This document shows, piece after piece, positions 38,778 to 51,999 of a stretch of DNA of 64,000 nt. The notes below the pieces were generated by a model. It was not told the DNA's origin, did not search any database, and saw only the letters and a list, made by a program, of their open reading frames with translations. This DNA is from Basidiobolus meristosporus CBS 931.73 (lineage: Eukaryota; Fungi; Basidiobolomycota). The DNA lies in assembly GCA_002104905.1 (NCBI GenBank), contig MCFE01000130.1, positions 1 through 64,000 on the forward strand. The letters run 5' to 3'. The position numbers and the translations under genes were made by a program. The first letter of the stretch is position 1, and each line of letters opens with the position of its first letter.

Positions 38778-39503
38778 ATGAAGAATAGCAATTTTATGAA
38801 TATAGACATAGCGCGGTTGCGTAGAATTGTTCTAGACTCCCTCTTTATGTCTGATGTTGAAGGTGACTTCGAGTTTGACGATGAGACGCTCGACTTCATT
38901 ACCAACGAAGTAGTTGAGGCAAACATATTTACATCGCCTGGAGTAGATTTGACAAACGCTGATCTACCCTCTGTAATCAAACGAAAAGAGATACAAAGCC
39001 GATCCATAATATTGTCTCAGTTACTCTCTGATAAGCTGATATCTTTTGGTATATGCACTGATGAGGCCCAGAGTCACCTCTTTTGTCAGTCTATTGTTGA
39101 TAAGTGGTCCGACAACGACTTCTTAGCTGAACACATTGATAACAAAGAGCAAAACCTCGAAGAGACAAATCCTGAAGAAGAATCGATCCCACCCGGGCAT
39201 TGCTTACTCTGTGCAAGATGTATGCCGTTAACATTTCACCACTTAATTCCGAAAACCACTCATAAACAGATGCTTAAGAAGAAGATATATCCTAAGGAGC
39301 AGCTTGATAGTGGGATACTAATATGTCGACCTTGCCATTCCTCAGTTCATCGCTTAATAGATAACGACACACTTGCATTGCACTTCAACTCCTTAGACAA
39401 GCTTCTCGAAAACGAGGCTTTACAGAGGTGGATCAGATATGCAGAAAAACAACGCATTGTTAGTAAAGACCATGCAATACGGGGTCTCAAATACCGAAAG
39501 TAG
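38778..39503 (+). CDS. HNH-like nuclease-domain protein (YisB/McrA-like C-terminus), single exon
   Basis: CLLC...LTFHHLIPK...ILICRPCHSSVHRLIDNDTLA..FNSLDKLL motif after an acidic N-terminal region. Start codon uncertain. Confidence 0.75.
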   Translation: MKNSNFMNIDIARLRRIVLDSLFMSDVEGDFEFDDETLDFITNEVVEANIFTSPGVDLTNADLPSVIKRKEIQSRSIILSQLLSDKLISFGICTDEAQSHLFCQSIVDKWSDNDFLAEHIDNKEQNLEETNPEEESIPPGHCLLCARCMPLTFHHLIPKTTHKQMLKKKIYPKEQLDSGILICRPCHSSVHRLIDNDTLALHFNSLDKLLENEALQRWIRYAEKQRIVSKDHAIRGLKYRK

Positions 39504-39790
39504 AGTCTTTTGATTACTGACTCCATAGTAAAGCCACTGCCACATATATACATACTTTGTGGTTGAAACTGTGAGCTGAATTGAATAATGAGAGGTTGTA
39601 TTATGGGTAAATGGCCCAATCGAATGGTTGTGTACATCAATATGATTGGTTCTTCTGATTCCAAATCAAGAATATGGAAGCCAATAAATCAACGAATGGC
39701 AGTTTCAGAAGCAACAGAGTAATAAATATTCATAACCCGTATAACATTCTTTCTCTTTCGACATTTCGATCTATTTGGCCGTTCTTTATA

Positions 39791-40110
39791 ATGGTTAGGA
39801 CACTTTCACATAAATCTTCGTTGCCAAATTGCGTTGATGGATGCAATGGTTATGAGAAACGATACTTGGCCCTTGACTAATTCTTGTTGTTTACAAAATG
39901 TAGCCTAAGCAAGTCCAAGACATCAAGAACTTCCTCGAAATCGCTCGCCGCAAGGACGCCAGGTCCGCTCGTATCAAGAAGAACGGCGCTGAAGTCAAAT
40001 TCAAGATTAGATGCTCCAAGTACCTTTACACCCTTGTTGTTGCTGATCTTGACAAAGCTGAGAAGCTCAAGCAATCTCTCCCTCCTTCTCTTACCGTTGC
40101 TGAGATCTAA
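39791..40110 (+). CDS. RPL38: 60S ribosomal protein L38 (ATG exon + one intron); not in the ORF track in the correct frame
   Basis: ATG|gttagg...tag|[68 protein letters not shown]. Confidence 0.97.
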
Positions 40111-40439
40111 ACTTTGCGAAATCTATTTTCAATAAACCGGAACGGTTTTCCTAGTACAACTTCTGGGTGAATCTAGATGAATAAATCCATATCGCCATGT
40201 TGCCAGTCTCTTCTTTAGTGTCTAGACGCTGTAGATAATCGTCATTGAGCGCAGCAGGCTTGTATTTTTAATAAATCCGTCACCTATGAGCCTGAGAATT
40301 CATCGGAATCAAGTGTATGAACCAATCCCCAAATTTGTTTCTCGATCTGTCGACCTTGATTATTTATTATGAGACCAGGTAAAATTTTGTGTTAGTATGC
40401 CATTCAGGAGCAGCACACTCACAGTAAGATTATACGAAC

Positions 40440-40777
40440 ATGGCCTTACCTGTTACCAGTGACGGTTACCTCGATGAGGCTGCTTTAGGGGAACTCTCCC
40501 TTCACCAAGAAGAAATAGATTCAGATTTGGAAGTGGATGTGCTTGAAGAGGAGACGGAGGATAGTGAAGATGATTATGATCTGGAGGCTGAGTGGGAAGA
40601 AAACATGAACCAGTTAAAGGTGCTGCTGACTGCTTTTGTGTTGCCCATAGTGGCCAGGATGGCTGGAAGGCGATTCTCATTTTGGAGTACGTAAATTTTG
40701 CCAATTAGTTTGTTATCAAGATCCTTTTCTATTTACTAACATATGTACTTGTAGTCTGGAGAAAAGTATTTGAGTAA
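40440..40777 (+). CDS. MIM2: Mitochondrial import protein Mim2-like (2 exons)
   Basis: Acidic N-terminus, then EWEENMNQLKVLLTAFVLPIVARMAGRRFSFW-IWRKVFE*, matching the Mim2 pattern WEE-QL...LP..G/A...GRR....W. Confidence 0.8.
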
Positions 40778-41463
40778 ATCTCGTGGCCATTTTAAGCTGC
40801 TCACCATCGGAAGAGATCCAAGCAGTGTCCCTTCGATTTACATCTTGTAGTGCAGCTTGGTGCGTTTCCTTTTCCCTTCTGTGGTATAATCCGATTTATA
40901 CATCGTGATTCTTAAACACCTATACAGACGTTTTATATACAGCATAATATCCCTTGGTGTACAGCCTGTCATGTTCTATACCAATTCATTAAAACTATTT
41001 AGTTTGGGCCTAAATCTCCTGGACAATGTACGAAGTATCCGTACAGTTCTTATAATTGCGTTTGGCTTAAGCTAATATTCTTGTTATGGCGAATTACAGT
41101 GTAAAAGGTGCTTGGAATTAAAATTCAATTGAATACTGTTTGTCAATGCTCAAGCTTTGATTATCAGTTACATGAATGATATGTTTGTATACACTCTCAG
41201 ACCGTCTTGCTAAACCAGAATATTGCAATTATTGCTTTTCATAAATCCGTGCTGTAAGTGATTGACAAATGGTAGATTTCATCAATCGAATAGGATTAGC
41301 ATTTACACACGAATGGTGTATGCCTAGAATACTTGTCAATTTAACTAGAGGTTTAATCACTTCTGGTTTCAAACATCCATTTTATTAGCCGCAGCCATAC
41401 TACAATTTATAACTTCTGCAACTCAACTGACCAATTAGATTCTACTCGAAAACGGTAGTCTCT

Positions 41464-44400
41464 ATGAATAATAAACAAAGCTTAACCGCGGGTTCCAATA
41501 ATGATGGTTTCTTGACCATGAATCCAATGGACACAAGCAAATTGCATTTATTTCAGAAGAATCTCTTCGCAGCAGAGAAATTAACTTCTAACGAGAGTAG
41601 CGATGTCACTCCAGATCACCAAAGAAAGGCCTCCTCTCGTGTCAGAGCCGCTTTAAATTTAGTTGACGCCGAGCTTCTAAACACCAACGTAAATATCCAG
41701 ACTCGAAGCGAGGCAAAATCCCTCGTCTGTAAAATGTTAAGCACATATTCGGAGCTAATGATTGCACGGGATTTTCAAGCCTGTCCGATTGCACAAAAGA
41801 TCGAGCAAAATTTGCAGAGAAAACGAGAACGTAAAGGGTTTTTCAGTAAAATTCACGAAGCAAAATCGACTTTAACACCTGATGCAATGAAAAAACTAGT
41901 ACCGTTTCGTGCTCCATACGCTTTGCCTTGGATTGCTTTATCAATTCTCTGTACTTTTCTAGGTTTGCATTCCTGGGCTACCTGAGCTTGCACCTTTGGA
42001 TATTACCGTCTTGCAGAAAACCATACAGAATCAAGTTCCGAAAACATCATCAATCAATACCTTCAATTCGAGTCTCAAGCCAGTTGTATCCCAAGCACCC
42101 AGCACTACGTTTCAAACAAATCCAACTTATCGTAATGTCCGGCCTACAAACAACTTGACCGTACCACAAACGGACAATTTCCAATTTCATCCTGAGGAGT
42201 CGCAACCAACTGTCCCTTATATTACGGCTGGCAATAGAGATAATACGTTCGATAGGTATGATTTTTTCTGTTAGCTCAATGGCTTTACTTATTTACGTTC
42301 CTGCCACACAGAGTGCAGAACCGGTTTACTTCTAACGTAAACATCGACGTAACTGCAAATAGTAGATATCAAAAAAAGACGTTTGATACCGTAGATCGGT
42401 TTGATTCACTGCCATCGAGGCATTCAAATGGAGGCGGACACATCAAAAGGGTATAAGCGAGAGATTTGGCCATATCTAGTATACCTACTAAAGCTATTTC
42501 CAACAGAAGTGCTTTGACTCTAGCGATAATTCTGATGGAGAAATTGACCGCACTAGTGAGTTCGTTACGGCCAAACAACAATTGGTAACATTGCATTTAT
42601 AGGCGTGGATCTGAGAAGTATCGTACTTACCGCACATATATACAGATCGTTGAAAATCAAAAGAAGCAGAATTCGAATTTTCGTGGGCAGCCAGCGTCAA
42701 CTAGAGGTGGACTCAATCAAAACACGGCTATCCCTCGCAAAAAAGCACTTGGAACTTCGGGTAAACGTGGGAAGTTTATCACGCCATTCAACAATAGAAA
42801 CAAGACCGAGGAGGAGGAAGATGAGCAATTTCGTTCCGATTTTCGGTACTTTCATGGACATTTGCTATTCCGACGATGTATATACTAACTTCATCCACAG
42901 GATTTACAACCTTAACAACAACAATGTTAATCGTAAATCTAATTCTGGAGGAAATGGAGTCAACAAGGATTCTAAAGCTGATCCAGAGGAGCCAGTTGAC
43001 GAGCGTCTAAAAAATATCGAGCCTCGTATGATCGAAATGATCATGAACGAAGTATGTAAACTTCATTGTATTCGTAATGTTTCCATGATGCCTGAAAACT
43101 AACATGACCAGATTATGGACCGCTCATTATCCATTACTTGGGAGGATATAGCAGGATTGGAACACGCGAAGAATACGATTAAAGAAATCGTGGTTTGGCC
43201 TATGCTTCGCCCGTATGTTCTTCTATTAGCATTGATGCCTACGTAGCATAGATTGTTGAAACAATTGAATTTGTATTAGAGATATTTTTACTGGTCTGCG
43301 TGGCCCACCCAAAGGTAAGCTCCACCTATCCACGAACTAATGTATTGGTGGCTCACCATTTGAACATAGGACTTCTTTTATTTGGTCCACCCGGAACCGG
43401 TTGGTGTTGTGCATGTTTCGTTAACAGCTTCGCATTATTTACATTGATCGTTTACAGGGAAAACTCTGATCGGAAAGTGCATTGCAAGGTATTTATTGAT
43501 TTTATGTCCCATCGTTTGCCTGTGTTCTAACCTAGGCGCTCAAGTCAATCTGGCGCTACTTTTTTCAGCATTAGGTAAATCGGCCTCATTGGGGACTCTA
43601 AAATTCTCATGCTAACGTGCGCCACTTCGATTCTAGTTCTTCCTCATTAACCTCCAAATGGGTTGGTGAAGGGGAGAAAATGGTAAAATTTCAATTACTG
43701 AAGCATGATGGCATATCCAAAATTAAGTGTGTTCCCATAGGTTAGGGCCTTATTTGCGGTTGCAAGATGCCATCAGCCTGCCGTAATATTTATCGATGAG
43801 GTAGGTAGATTAGCTTGGCGTTGGTTTCTGCAACCGAAGATATTAATATTCATCAGATCGATTCATTGTTGACTCAACGCACTGATGGTGAAGTGGAAGC
43901 CTCTCGGAGAATTAAAACAGAGTTTCTGATTCAATTTGTGAGTTGGCATATATGTGTACCGCAAATCTTGGTGCTTATCTTTGTTTTCTAGGATGGATGT
44001 GGTACTACAGCTGATGAAGATAGGATCTTAATAGTTGGTAATTGTCTTCGTATGGGAATATTCAGGGACTTGTATATTTATAAGTTCAATAGGTGCAACC
44101 AATAGACCTCAAGAGATCGACGAAGCGGCTCGTTAGTGTATTTATTAATCATACTTTATGGATACAAATATTCATATTGTTAGGATATAATAGGACGTCG
44201 TTTTCGAAAGCGTCTTTATATTCCGCTTCCTGAATCCGCTGGAAGATATACTATTGTGAAGAACTTATTGAAGAAGCAAAAGAACTCCTTGACCGAGGCA
44301 GATATTCAGGAGATTTGCAGACTCACTGATGGGTATTCGGGGTCTGATATGGATGGATTATGTCGAGAGGCTGCACTGGGACCAATCCGATCAATTGGAG

Positions 44401-44546
44401 ATATTTGCAACATCTCGGCTGATGATGTACGACCGGTCACCTTCCAGGACTTCATGGATGCATTAACTCAGGTCCGAGCTAGTGTTAGCGATAAAGATCT
44501 AGAGATGTACCTTCAATGGAACTCTGAATACGGTAGCTTAAGTTAG
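41464..44546 (+). CDS. Fidgetin-like AAA+ ATPase, many introns
   Basis: [41 protein letters not shown], Walker [30 protein letters not shown], Walker [26 protein letters not shown] and a Vps4-like C-terminus. Confidence 0.93.
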
Positions 44547-45389
44547 ACAGCTACGGAGCCACCACTGCCCACTGAAGCCCTGTGCTTCTAGGGTAGAGCA
44601 TTTTATACATGAACTTTTGTTTCCAGAAAACTTCGGACAAAGAGTAAGACCTTGTGATATTTAATATTAATCCTCACCTTCCAGTTCAACGCATTCATGA
44701 TCGCAGTTGCATCGTATTCACTACGCAAATGTAATGTTTCTTGTAATCATATATTTACCATGAATTTCTATTCCCTTTTTCCTGTATGTAATCATGATCG
44801 GCCTAATAAATCAATCGACGTTCGTATAATAGTCACGAACCTGAGCCGTTGAACGCGTACACGACCACCACAGTTGTGATACCAGACGCAGCCAATGCTT
44901 TAGCAAATTTCATTTTGCTAGCCAGACCACTTTTGCCCCAAAGTGCTCTTAGATAAGGTTGGTCCAAGGAAACAATGGCAAGTGCCCATTAAAGGTAGCC
45001 GAGAAGATTCACATCACTGATCCCAGCTTTGACGCAGCAGAACGGCCCTGCGCTATATCACTTATCAACGATAACCTTGGTTATATCGTGGATATCAGGC
45101 AGCCACTTCAACGGTCAACGCCAACATCATGAAGTCATCAAGGGTTGCATTTAGGAGTTGGAAAATATGATTATTGAATTTTAGGAAACGAGGGCTAGTC
45201 ATGGTAGGAAAGAAGATGGCCCCATTTCAGAACTCAAGAATACGGTTGAGGGAATCATGTGCACGGGCGATGAAACTGGGAACTAGATGAAGCTAGAGAG
45301 ATATTCTTCAAATCCTTCACCCCCTTTCTCCAATAATGTTTGCAAGGATTACTGAGATGATCAGCTTGTTGTTGATGAGGGCAGGTCTA

Positions 45390-46527
45390 TCATGGTTCCT
45401 GTGGGGTAGCTTGAGTTTGGGTTTGTGGGGAGTACGTTCCCTGATTACCAGGAGGTCGAAGCCCGTATTGCTGTGTCTGCTGCTGCATCTGCTGCAACTG
45501 AAGTTGGTATTGCTGCAGTTGCTCTTGGGTGAACTAAGCGCAAGAATGAGTGGCGATTCAACTCTGAACAGTCATTTTGTTGGTGCTAACCTGTTGATAA
45601 TAGGTAGGGTCTATTACGCGTTGATCTACGGCGACGTTCTGAATACATGTGCGTTAGGTAGGTGAGGAAAACAAATGGGTAAAGTTGAGGCTCACGGTCG
45701 GGTATTGCGATAGTCCAGCGGCTTGGTAGTAAGCAGTATACGCACTTGGATCGTAGATTTCAGGCTACAGTGTTCATTGAAGTTGGTGTTCAGTATATCC
45801 TAATCAGGGACATAGCTATGGCTTACCTCTTCTTTGGCTCTCTTTACCTTAGAACTATCCTCTCGCGGTACAATATCAATCAGAAAGTCGAATTGGTCTG
45901 ACTTGCTGACGGCACTCGCGACGTCACTTCGCTGCAGAGTTCTACGCTTGTTCTCTTCCGCATGCATCCAAGCACGCATGGTGATTTCGGTGATGAAGAT
46001 CTCGCAGGCCTTGGAGAACAGAATAGGTGCCTATACCAGTAACAAAGTTAATATACCCAACTCTGGAGTCGGTATGGCACTGACACTGGGTAACAATACC
46101 TCTGCGCTGATCATCTGGGAAAACAAGCTGAGGTGAGCAAAGATAGAAAACCAACGGAAAGAGGTGGACCAACCTTAACATCCTCGTCCGTCTTCATAAC
46201 TTTTTTTATTCGGGCCAAAGGTAAGGGGTGGAGTTTGAAATCGGATTCATATGATTCCGCCAAGGAAACCTGGTTAGCCCAGAACGATTGCAAAAACTGG
46301 TCCTGTTGCGAGAGTTGTCCTGCAGTCGTTTGAGCTTGCGCTTGCGTCTGTTGTGTGGGGGTTTGAGCTTGCCCATATGACCCGGTTTGATCTAAACTCT
46401 GGTTAACGACAGGCGTCATCTGTTGTTGGTATGCTACCTGGCTGGCGGGTGAAGTTGAAAGTGGTAGTGATGGCGGTGGAGTTAACGAGTTCATTTGACT
46501 ATTGGTAGATGACTGTGAGTCTGGCAT
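45390..46527 (-). CDS. HAP5: CCAAT-binding factor subunit NF-YC (Hap5/HapE-like)
   Basis: FWANQV...[74 protein letters not shown] histone fold; Q-rich C-terminus. Confidence 0.95.
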
Positions 46528-48143
46528 TAAAGATAGGATTTGGTCGGATTGGATGCGACAAAATTCCACGGGCTGCTGTTAGAGTTCAAATCCCAACCAA
46601 ACGAATTTGTTGCGTCTTTTAGTAACTTATCGGAACTCCCGTTTTAAGCAATCGCCTGATCCCAGAAAGTGGTTACATCATGTAGCATCAAATCAGACCA
46701 ATGGTGACCGTGTACACCACCACATTCTCATGGCGTTCAGTCAGATTTCTAAGCCTTCAGATCAATGGCATCCATGTCTCCGATGCAGACATGCTGGAAC
46801 ATTTTCCAGTGGCAGGTAGGCCGACTAGATCATGTAATGAATTAATTCAAACCCACTTTCATTTCTAGCAAGTACGGGGTTGCTCCTGCCGTCTGATTGG
46901 CGGCAACCCAAATTGCATCAAGGACAGGATCGGATCCCATTTGCTCAGCAGTCCTGTGACATCGTCCCTGATTCGTCCACATCTAAGGATCGATAATGAT
47001 GAGGGTCAGCGCAATTGAGCCTTGTGTATAGCAACCAATTGTTGCCACGGAGGCCGGCAGTAGTGACATTCTCTAATCTCGCCAACCAGTTGCCCATTGG
47101 TTGTCAGTGGCGGCACAAGGACCCGACACGGTGAGGGGGGTGGAAGATACGGATCTTTCAGAGCAGCCGTCACCTTACTATAGTAGGCTATCCTGCTCCA
47201 AGCAATCACATGATCTGCGGCGATCCGTCGGGCTTCGCGAGGTTTGTTGCAGACCAGCTTGGGGTAAACGGTGCCTAACAAGCCTTGAATGAGCCCCGGC
47301 GATGCGGGTTACTCAACCTCTGGTTTCAGCCCATGATCCAGCAGTTCGCCTCGACTTGTCGAACCGTATGTCAGAACCAGTCGAACTATGTGCCTTTAAT
47401 CCCTCAGTCCAGTCCCTCCCAAGTCACAATCAATCCATCCGCAATCATGCCCAAATTGGACTGACCAGTAGTAGATGCTGACGGATTGATATGCCCTCGT
47501 GGAGGCCAACAGGGAGAATGATACGCTCTAGCCATGCATGGAGACTTGGTAGTACTTGTTTCGGGCAGTGCTGAGCAAAGTGGCTTTGGCTTGTTTCAAG
47601 GCTAGTGCCTGGCCCAAGCGAAGAAATTGCCTTGGCTTGGCCAACATGGGTGGCATGTATAGCTATGGGAGGTAGGTCACTGTTGACTCCTGATCACTTA
47701 TACCATCACGCTGGGGCTCATTAACGAATGTTGGAAATCCAGCAGAAAGGTGTACCGCCATTTCTTCGAGCGTCAGGATGAGAGAATCACCGATTTGGAA
47801 TGCGATCAAGCTTACCTCCACGGCTACAGCAACCCAACCTCCAGATCCCGTTTCCTGAGTGCTTGGTAGCAGATTTTCGAAATGCTGGAGTTCCACCAGC
47901 TGATTACCTGACGACAGCTCCCATTTCAGCTCTTGTAGGCACGCCCTCAGTCCAAAGCAGCAAGCAGAGGCTATCGCGGGGATTAGAGTAGATGGCCCAG
48001 CAGATCTCGCGACAAATTGGTATCGGTAATATCTGTGCGTGGAATGTTACACTAGTCAAGTGAAATTTATTTACTGTAACCACTGATGATACAATGAAGG
48101 TGCTAAAATGTGGACTCTTGCGCTATGGAGCAACTAAGGGAAG

Positions 48144-49275
48144 CTACATAATGTTACATTGATCTATGTCCGGGATTTGAGGTAGCCCGTCCGGGCCTAA
48201 TGCCATGTCAGGTGCCAATTCCTTGAGAATGTCAGCAGGGGGCTGGCCGCACTCTTGCATCTGCAATCGAAAGGTTAGCGCGAATGCTCGGAAGCTGTCT
48301 TAGTCAGCAATACTTACTCCTTGCATAAGGTCCATGACCGATTTCTTCTTTGGGTTATCGGTGTTTTCGGACTCAAAATGCTCAACAATCTGGGTCACGT
48401 AGCTATACTGAGTCTCGTAACGCTTATATTCTTCTGGAGCCAATGCCTCCTTGTTGGCCTTGAGCCAATCTGGGTACTGCAGCAGATGTTAATGCGGGGT
48501 TGGCAATGCTGGAGAGTATGAGGCAGCTACCTTGCTTGCGAGCTCTCTCATTGGCTCATAGAGAATATCCTTGGTCAGAAGCTGGCCCATCATACCTTCA
48601 ACTACGTTGTCAAATTCACCTGACCCGGTAAGGCTTTCCATTTGCTTGATCATTTCTGAGAGCATGGCGTCAGATGACTCCTCATTCACTTCGGCCTGTG
48701 TGGAAATGTTAGTGCACCCGATGCTTCCAACACACACCGAGTACAAGTAATACCTGCACTTGCTCCGAGCTATCCCGGAGTTTGTTCATAGTCTGCTCGA
48801 CCTTTTCCTGGAAAGAAGCAGGTGCGGTTGAGGTGGATGATTCAGAACTCTTCAACTTCTCTTCGGGCTTCTTCTTCGGATTGGGCTGGAGGGAGGCGGA
48901 GGGGTTGAAGTCGTTCTGGTCAAAAGAGCCCAGAAGTTGCTCAAAAGTTTGCTTCAAAGAATCGTCCCCGTTCATCTCCTTCATGAACTCCTCCATGCCT
49001 TCGGCTAGTTGTTTGGCGAACTCATCCTCAAATAAGGCGTCGAATTCGCTCTTTTCCCCACTCTCTTCGGGCTGTGGCTCTTGCTTAACCTGCTTTGGTT
49101 GTTCGATTGGTTTGGAAAAATCCTCAAGTGCCCCTACAAAGTTAAAGGATAGAAAAAACACCAAACTTAGTGTGCTTTCCGCAGCGGATGGAAGCAGCTA
49201 AGACCCCTTACCGTCTAGCAAGTCATCCAACTCAGGATCGTCCTCGACAGTAACTTGATTCTCGAGTTTGGTCAT
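48144..49275 (-). CDS. PEX19: Peroxin Pex19
   Basis: N-terminal DDPELDDLLD, MMGQLLTKDILYEPMREL, MQECGQPPADIL and a C-terminal CaaX (CNIM*). Confidence 0.95.
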
Positions 49276-49928
49276 GATTGGAGGTTAGCGTGAAGAAGTA
49301 CTAGGTGGTTTGGTGGTTGAACGTTAGTGCTAAACAAGAGTCGATCTACGAGAAAAGTGACTCAAAAAATTAATCTACTATACGAGACTTTGCCACAAAA
49401 TGGAGTGGAGATTGATCCACTCAGCCTGGAGTCCATCAGCAACTGTGGAAAAAATGGGTGGAAAGTAAATTATCGGATTAGTCATTTCATCATGTGAATT
49501 TCAGAATCTGGCGGGTACCCTCGATGGGAAACAATCGGTTACACATGCATTCGACCTGGAAATACTGCGATTTCGTTGGTTCCTGGATCCCATCTTACAT
49601 GCAATGGTACTCGTATATTTGGTGATTTCTTGCTGATTCGATGAACATGCTTCCCTTGAAGCCAGGAATTGGTGATAGTACACCAGTGGCCAACACCGCT
49701 GCATGTCGACTGGAACCTCCCACAAAACACGTCACAAGTTTCTGGGGGGGGCATTGGATGTTATTTGGTGAGCAAAAAGAATTGCATAATATGCGTTTGT
49801 TATATTGAGCTCAAATAAGGTATTGCAACTTGGTGAACTTCGGAAAACTGATGACAAGGATACTTTAGATAATATCCCCAAAAATGGTGTACACACTGTG
49901 GAGCCTTTGGGATTAGTTTGAACACTGT

Positions 49929-50225
49929 CCCTATGAAAAATCTCATACTTGGAACTATCTAATAATCTACCAGTATTCTAATGATATTTTGCTGGCATTC
50001 AGCTGGTGCATTTCCTTCAAGTTTTTAGTTGTAAATCTTTGTGGAAGTTGTGAGTAGCTTAATAACAAACTTAGTATGCATGGTATTTAGCCTAGCCTCC
50101 TCCTAGAAAATATGTCTTGTCTGCCAAAACTCTAGAGCCCAAGATACTAATGGTTGTAAGTTTAGAGAGCTTGGAATGCTGTTGATATTATCATGGTTCT
50201 CTACTGGCCTTTGGTAATTTTTATT
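49929..50225 (+). repeat. Long-repeat family R, copy 3
   Basis: Starts CCCTATGAAAAATCTCATACTTGGAAC; aligns by eye with 62638-62940 and with the reverse complement of 52000-52289. Confidence 0.8.
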
Positions 50226-50343
50226 TGTAGAGTCTAACAACTTCCTGGACTTCATTAGTAGAGGAAGCTTGCTAATATTTGGCAAGTCTGAAGTAATCCC
50301 CAGGCAAAGCAGATCTCTAACGCTTTGTCTAACAGCATTTTAG

Positions 50344-50692
50344 TGTTATAAAAATTCGGAATTCCACCTGAATATTCACCTAACTTGGTCACTTAGATCA
50401 TTACCTACAAATCTTAGAGAATACTGACCAAAATCCTTGTGGGGATTTACTTAGAGTATTTTCACCAAAATACCAGGTACCCAGCACATGAAAATTCTCA
50501 AAGTTGTCCAAACAGCCCCAAACTTTGCACACATGTTCTTGGGACCTTCCTATACCTATTTTACATGCTTGTTATACCAAGACCATGTAAAAGTATAAAT
50601 ACTGCCTTTACATTCAATAAATCATTAAGTGAAAACCACATAATCTACTTGTTCCCCCAATCACTTCCAATATCTCCAAGACTCTTACAACA
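50344..50692 (+). mobile_element. Solo LTR, family 1
   Basis: TGTTA...CAACA; perfect TSD TTTAG. Confidence 0.95.
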
Positions 50693-50919
50693 TTTAGGGC
50701 CTGTTGTTCAGTCTGGGCTTCAGAGGTATAGGTTGAGCTTATACTGGTTTGACTGCAATAACTTGGACAATTGCCAATTGGATTGGATCTTGTACCTAGC
50801 AGTCCCGGATTGGTTACTTTGGGGATGTTTATAGCTGCTGAATCAAGCTGAACCACAGATGTAGAGTTGACTGGAGTGTAAAATCTCTTACTGCTTTGCA
50901 CAAGCTCTGCTATGGTAAT

Positions 50920-51264
50920 TGTTGTAAAAGTCTTGGAGATACTTGTAGTGATTGGGAGAACAAGCAGATTTTGTGGTTTTCACTTAATGATTTATTGATT
51001 GTAAAAGTAGTATTTATACTTTTACCTGGTCTTGGAAAAACAAGCATGTAGAATAGGTTTAGGAAGGTCCCAGGAGCACGTGTGCAAGGTTTGGGGCTGT
51101 TTGGACAACTTTGAGAATTTTCATGTTCTGGGTACCTGGTATTTTGGTGAATTATAAGTAAATCCCAATAAGGAATTTGGTCAACATTCTCGAAGATTTG
51201 TAGGTAATGATCTAAGTGACTAAGTTAGGTGAATATTTAAGTGGAATTATAAGCTTTTACAACT
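50920..51264 (-). mobile_element. Solo LTR, family 1
   Basis: Reverse-oriented copy; perfect TSD GTAAT. Confidence 0.93.
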
Positions 51265-51291
51265 GTAATTACAGTACCTGAGAATGGACTT

Positions 51292-51830
51292 TGTTGTGCC
51301 CTGATACCATTTGGTGAGAATTGTGGATCTTCATTATGCACTGAGTTGTAAACTTGACAGGCTCTTTGCTTTGGTATTGCGCAGTCTTTAAGATGTATCC
51401 TCTCTACAGAGGCCTATATATATGTACATTAACACTCTGGGCTGGTTTTGTTTGTTTGCCAAGACTATATAAAAGTAGTTTTTATACTTGTACTTTCAGT
51501 AAATCATTACGTGATAGCCACATAATTATCCTATACTCACTATCACTGCCAGAGGTTCTAAAGCTTGCAGTTTACACATCATACTTTACTTAATGTAAAG
51601 TGATGCTTATATGCTTATATGGCGTAGGAGATATAGACAAAGGTAAAGCTCTTGGGAAGGTCCCAGATGCATTTGTGAAAAGCTAAGGAGCTATTCTCAG
51701 AGTATTGGACTTTCAGGTGAGCAATTCATGGTGAGTTTCAACAAGAAATATGTGCAAGTATTAAGATTGATAGACTACAGTTTAGGTTACTAAGTCAGTA
51801 TAGTATCCCAGTGAAATATATGGCACAACA
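51292..51830. repeat. Two diverged LTR-related halves in inverted orientation
   Basis: Begins TGTTGTGCC and ends GGCACAACA. The left half resembles the family-1 LTR 3' part (CCAAGACTATATAAAAGTAG...GTAAATCATT); the right half carries GGAAGGTCCC as in minus-strand LTRs. Confidence 0.55.
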
Positions 51831-51999
51831 ATAGGAAAAATTCAAGATTTCAGCTCCAAGAGCTTAGGGGAAAAGCGTACAATGATCGAAAGGCTTATCT
51901 GATCTTTGTGCTGATTGTATTTCAGTTTCAAACATTAACAGTCAACCTGATTTGTAAGGAAAGATATTATATTATTCATTATCGCTAAGCAAGAATTAG

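Noticed and set aside
46900-48000. GC-richer segment with short ORFs between NF-YC and PEX19
   Set aside because: No start/splice structure or motif I can recognise; cannot be distinguished from non-coding DNA without a search.
50439-50834. An ~75-codon open frame recurring in several family-1 LTRs (EYFHQNTRYPEHENSQSCPNSPKLCTH...)
   Set aside because: No shared ATG; it is frameshifted in other copies (22928, 30826); openness is explained by common descent from a stop-free consensus frame.
51298-51309. TGGTATCAGGGC on the minus strand, resembling a canonical tRNA-iMet PBS
   Set aside because: It lies within the first bases of a diverged LTR-like unit, and no gag follows.
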